Shown: positions 1 through 12,310 of the stretch, piece by piece
How the letters are laid out: every line of letters begins with the position of its first letter
Position numbering within the stretch: the stretch's first letter is position 1
From: Utricularia gibba
Taxonomy: Eukaryota; Plantae; Magnoliophyta
NCBI GenBank assembly: GCA_002189035.1
Contig: NEEC01000002.1
Span: 1,798,001 to 1,862,000 of the forward strand
Direction of reading: 5' to 3'
Length of the DNA: 64,000 nucleotides
Made by a program: the position numbers and the translations under genes
The notes under the pieces: model-generated
What the model saw: the letters and a program-made list of their open reading frames with translations, nothing else
The model's database searches: none
What the model was told of the DNA's origin: nothing

Positions 1-1638
1 GACATATGTGCGTCAAGCTCGAGAGATTACCTCCGGAATATTCGATCCCTCGAGGAAGCGTTGAAGCTTCTTGCTAGTAGCAGCGAACTGGCCATGGGGT
101 GGCTGGATGATCTCCTGCAACTCCTTGCCAGCACACAAAATAAACACGTATTCTTTCAAGTAACACAAGTTGTAAAAATGCTCGCAGAACTGCGCCAGAA
201 ACCGGCATCTTTCAGGCACAATGAAGGAGTTTTGTCTCGTGCGTTTGATCATCTTGAAGATGAATACAAGCGGCTGCTAATGAAAACTGCCCTTTTTTGG
301 GAACCATGTGAAATGGAAGAACTGCAAGCGGTCACTGATAAGCTGGCTGCTGAAGGCCGGCTTGAAAGATGCATGTCTATCTACACAAGCACCCGCATCA
401 CGAAGGTGAGATCCATGATCCAAACTCTCGATATAAAGTACCTGGAGATTGAGTTATCTTCATCAATCAGCGTCCAGAGTGTTGAGGACTACATCACACA
501 GTGGATTATGGATGTGGAGTTTGTAGTGAAATGCGTACTTAAGAAAGAGTATAAGGTATGCAGAGACTTGTACCAGAAATTTGAAGCAGGAAACTGGAAG
601 GAATGCTTTGCAACGATAGCCTCCAACTCAGGTTTTTTAGACATCCTGGGTTTCGGCTCCTCAATTTGCAGATGCAAGAAGGAAGCACTGAAGCTTTTGA
701 AGCTGCTCAATTTATTTTCAGCACTAGACAGACTGAGGTTGGACTTCAATGAGCTGTTCAATGGGGAATTCTGTGCTGTGATACGAACACAGACGAGAGC
801 TCTCATCAAGCAGGTAGTAAACTGCATATCTGAGACCTTCCTTGAGCTCAAAATGCAGCTGGTGTTGCAAAGTGAGCATCATGCCCCACCTAATGGAAGT
901 GTTGCATGGCCGGTTCTATTTCAGCCGGAATATTGCAAGCACCTTCTTGAGGATGAAAACTGCTCTATCCTCATCAGAGCGCTGGAGATACACCATGATT
1001 GGTATGGATCTAAACTTAATGATGACTTCGTCAAGAACGAAATTCAAAGTATCACTGAAGCACTTGAAAAAAACTTAGAAATTTGGGCACAGCAGTGCAA
1101 TGACAAGGAGTTTTCATACCTCTTCATGATGAATAACCGCAGGCATCTGCACAAAAATGTAAAAGGAAGCAAATTAGAAGAGGTACTGGGGACTTCTTGG
1201 CAAGGCCCACCTGAAAAATCAATGGAGCATTACCCGGAACGGTACATGAAAGAGAGCTGGAAAAAGCTTCCACTCGTCTGCAATGAGGGCATGATCCAGT
1301 TCCATAGCGCTAGAGCTGTTGGCAGAAATCTAGTAAAGAAGAGGGTCAATGCATTCTGCACAGCCTTCCAAAGCGTGCGCAAGTGGCAATCCGAATCGGT
1401 CATATCAGACCAAGCATTGAGCCGGAAGCTAAAAAAACTAGCATTTGAGCCTGTTGTTCCACAACTTAAGGGCTATTTGAAGAAATTCCTGCCAGGAATT
1501 GTTCAGTATAGCCATACAAAAAATGAAATAAAGGACAATCCTCAAGACTTAGAAGAGTTTGGATCTCTGCATGAACCAAAAGATGGGGGAAGCAGGAACT
1601 GCAAAGTTGTGGTAAGCATCACTGGCTTCAGTGAATGA
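1..1638 (+). CDS. EXO70: Exocyst subunit EXO70, G/I-clade-like, 5'-truncated by the window, divergent
   Basis: Frame open from base 1 (DICASSSRDYLRNIRSLEEALKLL). Motifs align with EXO70G1: LKLLKLLNLFSALDRLRLDFNELF, PPNGSV, LFMMNN, RNLVKKRVNAF. No introns in the visible part. Confidence 0.88.
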   Translation, partial: DICASSSRDYLRNIRSLEEALKLLASSSELAMGWLDDLLQLLASTQNKHVFFQVTQVVKMLAELRQKPASFRHNEGVLSRAFDHLEDEYKRLLMKTALFWEPCEMEELQAVTDKLAAEGRLERCMSIYTSTRITKVRSMIQTLDIKYLEIELSSSISVQSVEDYITQWIMDVEFVVKCVLKKEYKVCRDLYQKFEAGNWKECFATIASNSGFLDILGFGSSICRCKKEALKLLKLLNLFSALDRLRLDFNELFNGEFCAVIRTQTRALIKQVVNCISETFLELKMQLVLQSEHHAPPNGSVAWPVLFQPEYCKHLLEDENCSILIRALEIHHDWYGSKLNDDFVKNEIQSITEALEKNLEIWAQQCNDKEFSYLFMMNNRRHLHKNVKGSKLEEVLGTSWQGPPEKSMEHYPERYMKESWKKLPLVCNEGMIQFHSARAVGRNLVKKRVNAFCTAFQSVRKWQSESVISDQALSRKLKKLAFEPVVPQLKGYLKKFLPGIVQYSHTKNEIKDNPQDLEEFGSLHEPKDGGSRNCKVVVSITGFSE

Positions 1639-2053
1639 CAACACTACTGGGATTCTGGAGATGAATACTGGACCACAAACTGAAACATCGCCATGCGACT
1701 TGCCTTTCCTTTTAATCTGCACAATCTTCCTCACTCAACAGAGACAAGGATGATAAATTTCAAAAGGACAAGTCGCACAGCAGGTTCTCTATTCATTTTC
1801 CGATCACCCCATTTTCAATTCCGGGATCCTAAAATTGAATTGGATTAGCAGCAATACAAATCACCACTTTTCAGCTTGTTGAACTTCTTGGAGTACATTT
1901 TGACAATTTTCCAGCATGCGAAAATTCAATAAGTAACGTCTCCTGTCAAATACACAAGGGCCTCATCTTCTAATGCATACAGCAAACTCAAAGAGACAAT
2001 TGAAGCAGGACAAAACCGACATGCACGATTGGGCAGACAACTGAATGAGCAGC

Positions 2054-3881
2054 TTAAGCCATGGTGCCCATTATCTTCTTGAAATGTTTCACCTTCTTGA
2101 AATCTGGGAAACACAAATTCTTTTCCACTTCCCAGGCAAGCTGACACATTCCATTAAATGAAGATTTTGCACCTTTCTCATTCGTAACTTCTCCAGGGAA
2201 AGGTATCCGAACCCCATATACGTGATTATGCACTGATCTTACATGCACATCAAAGCCTAGCCGATCAATCCATACCATCTTCGCATCCAGAAACTATATG
2301 CAACATTAAACATGAATTAAATCACTTGGAACGTACACCAATGTTATAACATAAAAAAGTAAGCTTATAAACCTGAAAATCAAGATCAACAAAAACACTG
2401 CAGAAGCGCTGAATGTCTTCTGAATGTAGAGCGTTAATCTGATCAACAATCTTCACTGCACAGTCACGAAGCGGGTCTGGTTCAGCAGATGCGTAATCTT
2501 TTAAACCTATCCAAACAGCATTCTGAAGAGGTTTCGTAGTCATTCTATTGACTCCATGTAGCCATTCACATTAAGACAATCCATAAGGGGTTGCAGTATT
2601 TAAGACGGCCATACCTCAGCATAATCTTCAGTCTGAATCACTTGTTCAACATTAATTATATGTATGAAGCTTTCATCCAATAACTCATTGAATCGTTTGT
2701 TCCATGCTGAGTTCAGCTTCTGTAAAATATCAAGGGAAAAAAAATAAAGGTCAAACTACCAGGAAAAAGAATACATGAGTGAGTTTAAACAGATTTTAAA
2801 TAATTAGGAATAACAAAGTAGGCTGAAAAACACCCTCACAAAAACTTGAACTTTAACCAGAAAACCTAGAGATAAGTCATATGAAACAAGAAAACGAGTT
2901 TCATTCAATACAGACATGAAGGCTTGCAAAGTTTACAACCAAAAGAGTGACTTGCCATCAATTTATAAGTTGCATTCCACAGTCAACCCACGAACCAAAA
3001 TACAAATAGTACAGCCACCGAACTATACATCAAAAAAAACGAGAGAGACAGTACATAGACATAAGCCAGTAAAACAGTATAAGTAATTTCATTTTATTGA
3101 ATAGGAAAAATATTTAAGTGCGTGAGTCCTGTGTAACAAGAATATCTTCATTTTCCTAATCCGGAAGGAATCATGTGTACAAAAGACAGGTTTCAACATG
3201 GTGTACAATGAGACTGACTCACACACACATCTGCGCAACATAAAAGTAGAACAAACAGAGGCGTAAAGGGGTTTCTCTTACCCTCAGAGCCATCACCTCG
3301 CAGGGTTTTTCCAGCGTCCCAAGTATGGTGCAGTGTAGCGTCCGCATTCCACCTTGCTCCAACTGGTGCCCATCAATCAAATTAACAGTAAAATAAATCA
3401 TGGTCCACTCTCACCAATTTAAAGAAAAGAAGGAATGCCAATACCCATTGAATGATAACGTCAACAGACGAAGGCACACCTGCACATGAAGACTGCACTT
3501 GTTATTATCGGCAAGAGATTTCTGGGACTCATTCAAACACAGTATAGGAGTTCCATTCGAATCTATTGCAAAGCGCACGCCAAATCCTAGTGGGAAGCCA
3601 TCGTGGTTCAGCATTGAGAGAGTGCCTCCGGAAGCCAACTCGACAATAGTTCTCGAAACCTCAGCCGGAAAAGGCTTCTGAATTTCGGGCATTTCAATCT
3701 GGGCAGGGCCTGAAGCTACAGAGGCAGAGCATTTGCAAGGCCCCGATCTGTAAATGTTACTTGATGGTTTAAAACCCCTAATCTTCGGAGAAGAGATTGA
3801 AACTGAGAGCCGGGTGAAATGGGCTACGGCTAAAATCGGAGGCGGATGAGAGTGGGGTGCAGCCAGAGTACTCGGAATCAT
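2054..3881 (-). CDS. GBP: Glutamyl-tRNA reductase-binding protein, chloroplast (multi-exon)
   Basis: Transit peptide then KPFPAEVSRTIVELASGGTLS..GFPLGFGVRFAID, LEQGGMRT, AEPDPLRD, WIDRLGFD..VRIPFPGEVTNEKGAKSSFNGMCQLAWEVEK, matching Arabidopsis GluTRBP/PGR7. GT-AG exons join in frame. ATG 3881, stop 2054. Confidence 0.93.
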
Positions 3882-4340
3882 TTCTGCTGAAAAAGCTTCA
3901 AACTGAAAATGCCCGTCTAACGGCTCCCTCCGGGAAGGAGACAGAGAAATCCTATAAAAGAAGAGGTCTCCTTCGTCAGACTCCAATCCCAAAAACTGAC
4001 GCCGTTCTCATCTATCTTGATCTTCACCCCGCTTTCCGCAAAATTCAATGGAAAAGGGCATTTGGAAGCATGACGGGGAAGATAAGATATGAAGCTCCCA
4101 GCTTTTTGTTACTCACACACTTTTTGCTATTTTTATATCCCCCCTCTTTCTTTTTTTTGTTTTTCAGTTCTGAATTCCTTCAAATTAGCCCAAATGCAAA
4201 TTGAAGGCCCAGCCTTTCACACTGATACTTGCGCTGCAACAAATGCCTCATGTTTAACTAGTTGAAGTCATGAGGAACACAAGAATTGAGAAATGAAATG
4301 TGGAAGAAAATGACAGACGGTGGTCGAGACATCAACCAGG

Positions 4341-6415
4341 CTACATTCCCTCTGCGTGCTTCTGAATTAGTGTCGCAAAGCAGCTTTTCCAATCATTCAC
4401 CATCTTCTCTGCATCATTCACAACCTGGTTTCACAGCAATGGCTCAGACAAGACAACCCCAAATGGCAACCTGGGATTGTACGAAGTTCAAGCATCACAC
4501 CTCAAATATCAGCCCTCTCTCAGGAACATGATCTAGAGCCTCCACACAAATGAAGGCAGCGGCTTCTTTGCTTAAACTTCCCTTGGCCGCACTGCCCTGT
4601 ACAACGGAAGAAGTACAAAAGTCAAACTCTCAATTATGTTTCTGGACAACCTGAAAAGAAAGGAAGAAGCCTGGCAAAGTATAGCATCAACTTTTCCAAG
4701 AATTTAGCTAGTGGGTAGGCTCAAGCAGAAAAAGAAGAATAAAATGCACCAATAACTGTAAACATATCCCCCATAAACTAGGTTTTGAAATTGAGTTGGC
4801 CGCAATAATTTATGGTATCCTAATCAACAATTTGGGGTTACGAAGGTGTAGTTGGAGCTGCCCATATTGTGTTTTCTGGCACAAATTGAGGGAAAGGATA
4901 CCTCTTGGAAGGAAAAGCCTTGCTGACCAGCAGGGATGTTCACTAGTGTCCCAGTTCGAATGATGGTGTAAGGAACTCCAGAGGCCTTTATAGTATTCTC
5001 ATCGAGCTCAATGAGTTTTCTTGCATTGCTTGTCATAGCTGCTTGAATACCAGTGTAACTCCTATATGCAAACAACTAACGCTTCACGAACTAACTATAT
5101 CCAACCTTTGTAGCAAAGCCTGCAGTAGGGGCTTCTAAAGGAATCTGAATATACCTGAGATAGGAGTATCACATGCTGTATGCCTTCCCAATCATCTATG
5201 TTACTCAGAAGTCCTTCCTATTCAGGGATCAAAATTCATTGCAATTATTGATCAGCCATTATAGAATGACGATATGCGTAATACATTGAGATGACACAAG
5301 GGCTTCGGTTTTACATATCATGCATTAAAAAATCCATGTGTTCAACAGATTCATTTCTAATACAGAAAAAATTCACGCGTGTTCTATTGCATAACCTAAG
5401 GCTTTTATCCAACTTAAAACCTCAAGAAGCTGAACTTTTCAGTTCTTTCGTTAAAAAAAAAAGTGATGTAATAAATTGAATACCTCAACTACCTTTTCAA
5501 TTCACAAAATTTTTCATGATTTCTAATATTCATACATAAAGCACATACTGTGGGGCAAATTACAGCACGAACTTCCTTCAGAGCCTTCTTCAAGAAAACT
5601 TTATTCTTTGTATCACCAGCTATTGCCTTATCAAATAAATAAATCTATATCAGAACACGGTAACGTGTAACAAAACTGCTTGATATCTGACGCATGATGC
5701 ATCAACCTGAACGTAGGGGCCAAATGCTTCCATGGCAGCTCGCTTATCCTTCACCAGTGCCTTCACACGAATTCCTTTAACAAGCAGAGAAAGCAAAACC
5801 ATCTACACCAACGAACACAAAGATAACTAGACCTCAAGTTTCATTTTCACTATCTCACATCTTTTTTTGTTTCTTCTCCCATAATAATGAAGATCCATTA
5901 ATACCTGACCAATCTCATTATCTCCATCAGTGACCAACACTGCATCTCTAGTTTCAACTTCCTCTATTTCCTCAAATACAAGAAGAGGGGTTTAAATAAC
6001 TAGAAGCGGCAAAAATTACAGAAACAAAGCACATACCCAATGAAATTACTGTAATGCTTCTTTACCACACCTGAAGTTTCATCTTCATCCAAAGCATTTC
6101 CGTCTTTCTCAATAAGATCAGGTGCCCCATACCACTTCCTCAATTTAGGACCACCTGTAAAACAAAATCAAACACATAATCTCAAACCCAATTCCGAAGT
6201 GAATGACCTGGAATCCACACAAGAAATTCAGGACGCAACAACTCGAAATCTTTTTTGGGAACAAAACCTTCGATGTAATCAAGAATTTGGTCAAAAAAAC
6301 CGAGTTTCTTCTTCGAGGAGAAGCATGTGAAAGAGAAACGCTTCTCAAATGAAGAAGCAGGCTTTTCTCTGCCTTGAAACAGGGGCAAGAGCTTGAAGAA
6401 GGAGAGAGTTGCCAT
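4341..6415 (-). CDS. Plastid NAD(P)-binding Rossmann-fold (NmrA/TIC62-like) protein (multi-exon)
   Basis: Spliced product MATLSFF..SKKKLGFFDQILDYIEGGPKLRKWYGAPD..DAVLVTDGDNEIGQMVLLSL..ASGVPYTIIRTG..VVNDAEKMVNDWKSCFATLIQKHAEGM*. Resembles the At1g72640 family. Confidence 0.87.
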
Positions 6416-7920
6416 TGAGTTCCCGGTGAGCTCTCTCAATCCTCGTCCAGAATTTTCATGGATTTGGGTTTTGATGGGCCCACACCGTTGCGGTTGACGA
6501 AGGTGGCCTTAAATTAAGAGCGCTTAAAATTATCTTAAAAACTGAAAGTATTTTTCATAATTTCTTTCAAGAAAATTAAAAAAAAGGTATTTTAAAATCT
6601 GAAGTTTAAGCGGAAATTAGATCTGATTTAATTCAAGTAAAATATTTTTATTTTTCATATTATCTTTATGAATTTAATTAAATTTAATCTATTGATTCAA
6701 TCAAAATTACCAATAAAGAGTAAAATGAATTAAATTCGATTTTCAAACACAATCACAGATTAAATTATGCTTACAGAGCAGCTTAAAAAACCTCAAATTT
6801 TTTTGAATGGTTTCCACGGCACGGGCCTATGAAACTGAAGCCCAATGTCTGATATTTGGAAGTCAAAACATAATATCTATGGTGCGATATTTTTGGAGTT
6901 TCCCAAATTTAGCGTCAGACCAGAGGCTGATTCGGGTCTTCGCACCGGTGCCTAATAGTCAGAAACGGAATAGAGGGGATTGATATTGCTGGCTCCGATC
7001 CACCGCTGATCGCCTTCTCCGCCGCCTCTCGCAGCTTTTCCGTGAGTCCTGCGCGGGATTCTTTTTCTTTTTTCATTTGGTTCCCTGTTGTTAATTCTGC
7101 TACGTCCCCCGGTTACCAGTTATTCTGGGGTTGGGATAGGGTAATTTAATGGGGTTAGCCAGGGTGGATTTCGTTGGTTTCATTAGAGGATAACGGGATT
7201 TTTCTATTGAAAAGATTAACGTTGCCTATTGCTGCTGAGTCAAGAATTGGCGGACTGATTCTTCTGGATCCATTGCTCAAGTTTTTGTTGATTTTGGTTT
7301 CGCAAATTCGTATTATAATTTGCAGTCCTGAGATTTTAGGCGTAAATTTTTTTCATCTTCATTTTTTTTTCGGAAAAATGGGAATTTCAGTTGAAATATT
7401 TTTAAATCTACGAGAGCGGGAGAATGGTTTCTATCGAGTTGTGTTAATGCTTTTCCTGCCTCCCAGAATGAACTTTTATTTTCGGTTTTCATTGTGTAAG
7501 ATCTAGGTGTGCCCATTTAGTCCATATCATATTCGTACATAATGTCACATGAATATACTCAGATTGTTTGACTAGGGCTTTGAACTTGGTGCTTCTATGA
7601 ACTCATAACCATATATAACCTTTCTGGGAGTTTTTAAACGTTGTTCATTGCCATAAAAAGTTCACTGTAGCCTACTCTTGATCAAATGCCGTAGATATCA
7701 AGATTTTTGTGAGTTGTTCCCTGTTTTTACAATATCGAGCTGGCAAATTCAACATGAAAAGATACCGCAGTACAAGCCAAGGGATTTTTGAAATATATCT
7801 TTCTTTGACCGTGTTTATATTGAGTAAAGAAGTGATATCATTATATGTTATTGCATGTATAGTTCATCTTCTCCTGCCGTTGTCAGCATCTACTTTACCC
7901 TGTAGTTTCAAGAGGCGACG

Positions 7921-10900
7921 ATGCAGCAAGTTGTGCACCCTATGTCTTCTTCTAATGGATACACCCGTCATAAAGCTGAAAGAGACGTATCAAATAGGTT
8001 TGAAAACAAGTTCCAGGCTGAGAGAATAAACTCTGGCAGGATTGACTTTGGTAAGGATTAGCACCTAATACCTATTTCATATGTTTCCATTAACCTTATT
8101 TTGTAACATCTAGGTAGAAGAGCAGTTCTTGAATCACCTTCACGTGATCGAGTGGCATACATTACTGCATGCCTCATTGGACAGCAAGTCGAGATCCAGC
8201 TGCTGGATGGATCTGTGTATGCCGGAATATTTCATGCAATGCATACTGAGGACTGTGGTACCGATATGTGTTGTTTTATTAGTTTACTGATGAGAGCATT
8301 TCTGTTTTGGTGTATGATGTGTCATTATTGCCGCTTGGTTTGCAGGAATTATCCTAAAAATGGCTCATCAAGTCAAAGATGCGTCTGTTGTGCAGAAAAT
8401 TAGTGCCAATTTGTCTGGAAAGCATCTAGAAAAAACCCTTATTGTACCATTTGGAGATCTTGTGCAAGTGGTTGCAAAGGTATAGTTAAAATCTATCTGA
8501 TTGTTGTTTGCTTAATTTCTTTCTCCATTTTTTTTTTCAAATTGGAAATTTATGTTGCATGATGAGTATTATCTGTAGCATTCTGGGCGTTATTTTGTTT
8601 CTGATTTCAGTTAACTTTTGATTCTATTTTTTCATGCAGCGACCTTTAATTTTTTTTTTTCCTAATGCAATGATGTAGGGAGTATCTGTAACCTGGGAAG
8701 GCCGAGTGAATGAGCTTCTCCACAATAGGAAGGAAGAGCTTATGACAGATTCCTGCATATCTCAGACCCGAAGCACTGAATTGGGAAGAGAGCTGGAGCC
8801 TTGGGTTCCTGATGAAAATGATCCTCGCCTTCCTGAGCTGGGTAACACATTTGATTGCCCATGGAATAGGTCAGTATGCTTTGCTGTCTGTTTAGTTTTA
8901 ATTTATCTTTCTTCTTCTCTGTCTTCTTGAATATTCACATAATCTGTGCTTTTTCCCGAGTTTGTCAACTGCCTTCAGAACGTAATGTTGTTGTTTCAAC
9001 TTTTTTTTTCTCTTTTCTGTCAGCATGTCCTCCTGGCTGTTAATTCTTTTCGCCATTCACTTATTGCTTCCTGCATTTCCTATGCAGAGGCTGGAATCAG
9101 TTTGAAGCCAATGAAACCTTGTTTGGAGTGAAGAGCACTTTTAATGAGGAACTTTACACAACAAAGCTTGAGAAAGGCCCTCAAATGTTGGAATTAGAAA
9201 GGGTGGCTGCGCGGCTGGCTAGAGAGATTGAGGGTGAGGATACGCACAACATTCATTTGGCAGAGGTTGCTAAAAAGGATAAGAATTTGATTTCTTTTTC
9301 TTTTCTCCTTCCCGCCATATTTCTCACTTCATGCGATTATCCATCTCAATAACATTTGTCAACAGGAGAGAGGGTTGCAAATCACTGGCAGTTTGGATAT
9401 TGATGAAGAAACAATGTATTCATCAGTTTACAGGAGAACTGATGACAGTGGATGTGATGAAATTGAGGACATGACTTTTGAAACGAAAAATGATGAGACA
9501 TTCAGCAGCCACAGTGAAGATCAGCATGATGGCACTATACCCCATAATGTCAATAAGGTGAGTCCTTTTCAGACTGTCTTCAGTGGCACTGATTCCTTGA
9601 TTGCATTTGGACGTTTAGGCGTAAATTGCTTAAGCATGTCTTGAAAGTAGTGGTATAGTGTTACTTCCATGGTGTCATCTGTGCTGGCTTTTATCCAGCT
9701 TGTTGACATTGTATAATGCAATTCGGGACACCTAATATCCATTTTTATGTTCATGCTGTAGGGTGATGCGAAATCCTCCCATGATGAGCTTGATGAGACA
9801 GCATGTTGTTTGGATTCTGATAGCATTCAACAAATACCACCTGAACCGCCTCTTAAACATACCTGCAGTGAAAATATAAGAAGGTTGTCATATTCTTATC
9901 CTGTTTACATCTTATGACTCATATATTTGCACTTGGAGTAGTGAATAGGACGGGGTACCTCTCAGATGGTCTTTCTTTTTTTATTTCAGGATGGTTTTTT
10001 GGTTATCTTATCTGCATCGTTTAATGTCAATATATGATTAGTTTTAGTAATCTCATGCAGGGATCTTGTCAATCAAGTTATCGAGCGCCCAAAAAGTATT
10101 TCCCACAAGGATGATCAACACATGCATTTGGTTGGTTCTCATTTACATGATAAAGGTGCCTAAAAAAATGATTATGACATGACTTTTTTTTTTTTTTTTG
10201 TTCCTATGCAGGTAGATGATCCTATTCTTGTCTCAAAATCTGATGGTGAGTTTTTTTACTTTTCATTATTCTCACGTGATCTTTTCTATCCATAGCAGCC
10301 TTTTTTATATCTATTTCAACAAGTTTGCCTAATTTTATGGTTATTGCAGAGTTTGATCCATCAATTGCATCATCCATAGGCCAGATAAAGGAGAGTCCAT
10401 ATAACGAGGTTTTGAAGACCTCAGCTCTCTCGAGAACACAAGGGATCGCAAGCCCACTTGCCCGTCCTGGTAGCTCCGCATCATCTACATCAGATCGTGC
10501 AAGAGATGCTTTCACTGCCGCTGCACAAGGGGTATCAGCGAGTTCATCTGTCAGTTCACTATCTTCAGAGAAGTCTTCCTTGAATCCAAACGCTAAGGTA
10601 GAGTGCCAAAATATAAAAAATTTCTTGATTTTTTCTTATCACAAAAAGCTTTTTTGTTTGGTAATTTAATGGGTCACAGGCTTATACCAAGCTTGATGCT
10701 TTTCGTGGAATTTGCTGACAGGAATTTAAATTGAACCCTAATGCTAAGAGTTTTACCCCATCTCGTGCACCAATGCGGCATTCAACACCCATTGCTGATA
10801 GCCCATTTTACTATTCACCTGTGGCTGGAGCTGCACAGACCAATGGGATGTCGATCGGTGTTGGGGTGAGTAAAAAAGCACAATTCTTAGTTATTTAACT

Positions 10901-11490
10901 CTTCCTGCCGCACTTTATGTCTGCCGTATATTAGAAGCCGATTAATTCAGCTGCTAACATGCATCCAGAAATGTGATAATTGTTCTAGATAAATATTACT
11001 AAATAGTGCTTCTAGTGATTAATGAACGTGGATTGCTGTGAGACTGCAATATTTATCAGTTAAAGCGAAGCCACTTGTTTTATATAAAGAAAGGCTGATG
11101 AAATGACGTTAATTATCGCGAGTGATGTTTATGTTGATGTTTGTCTTTTGTGTGTCTTCAGATGGGACCATCGTACGCCATTCAGCAACCAGTAATATAT
11201 AATTCTAATGCTGGAACACTTCCTCAACCATATTATGGACCCCAGGTTAACCATATCTTTCATCTTTCGATCTTACGCTTAACTGAGCTTCAGAGTTCTA
11301 ATATCTAAGTATGAAAATCAGTTTGGGCAGCAAATGATGATTGGGCAGCAACGACCAGTTTATTACGTACCCACATATCTTTCGGTAAGTCATATTAGCC
11401 TCAGAAAATGAACACTCTTAAGGATACATTCATTTTGCTTTCTTTGTTGTTGTTACCAGGAAATGCCCCCATAAAGGCAAGGAATTCTAA
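7921..11490 (+). CDS. CID4: Ataxin-2-like PABP-interacting protein CID3/CID4 (Lsm, LsmAD, tandem PAM2); a 5' UTR intron of about 7043-7907 precedes it
   Basis: Lsm exon (LIGQQVEIQLLDGSVYAGIFHA), LsmAD (WNQFEANETLFGVKSTFNEELYTTKL), tandem PAM2 SLNPNAKEFKLNPNAKSFTP. As assembled the stop is at 11474; the conserved-type end HKGKEF* at 11490 is one base out of frame. Confidence 0.9.
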
Positions 11491-12310
11491 CCCAAACTGG
11501 TGAATCATAGTCACAGGTTACTTTAGTGTTCTCTGACTTCTAGGAGATTATCTCCTCCTCCTGCAGCATTATTTCCCATTGCGCTGTTGGTTGAAATATC
11601 TGTAACCCCGTCCGTGCTTGTGGGGTTCATAAGGTTTCCAAGTGGTTCCCTCCTGTTCTTGTTGTTTCTATCCTATTCATTTAGCCACCACACGACCCTC
11701 ATGAGTTGTTTTGTTTTGTCCTTTCTTTTCACGTTTCCATATTGTGGTGGGTTGTTCTGTGTGGATCTCAGAAATGTATTGTTGTAGGATTTGTAAGCAC
11801 CATGAGTGTACCCCCCTCCCTGCGGCCATAATGCACTAATGCAGTAGCACAAGTAGCCCTGGTGCCGCCGACACGATGATTGTGAGAAATTTGGAATTAG
11901 GAAGGGGCTATAAATAAATAAAACGACTTTGGAAGTATATGTTTGTGAAAAAAATCATTTAAATTTCAATGATAATATGTTTTCCTGAATCTTCATTAAA
12001 TGTCTGAATGATGGTTTTTTTATTAAATTTTTGCAAAATGTGATGGAATAAAAATTATTCCTATTTGATACATCCATCGATTTGATTATTTATTTTGTAG
12101 AAAAATAATTAAAAATGTCTGGTTAATGTATTTTTAATTAGGGCATAAAAATAAATAAATAAATTGTTATGATGTGTCGTCGGACACGAGGAATTCTCTC
12201 TGATTGATTCAACATTTGAAATCCGCCTCCATCTCTCTCCCTCGCTTCGCTCCTGCTACTCCCAATTTCGAGCTTTGGAAAGCTTGAGGAGAATAAAATC
12301 GAAACGCGTT

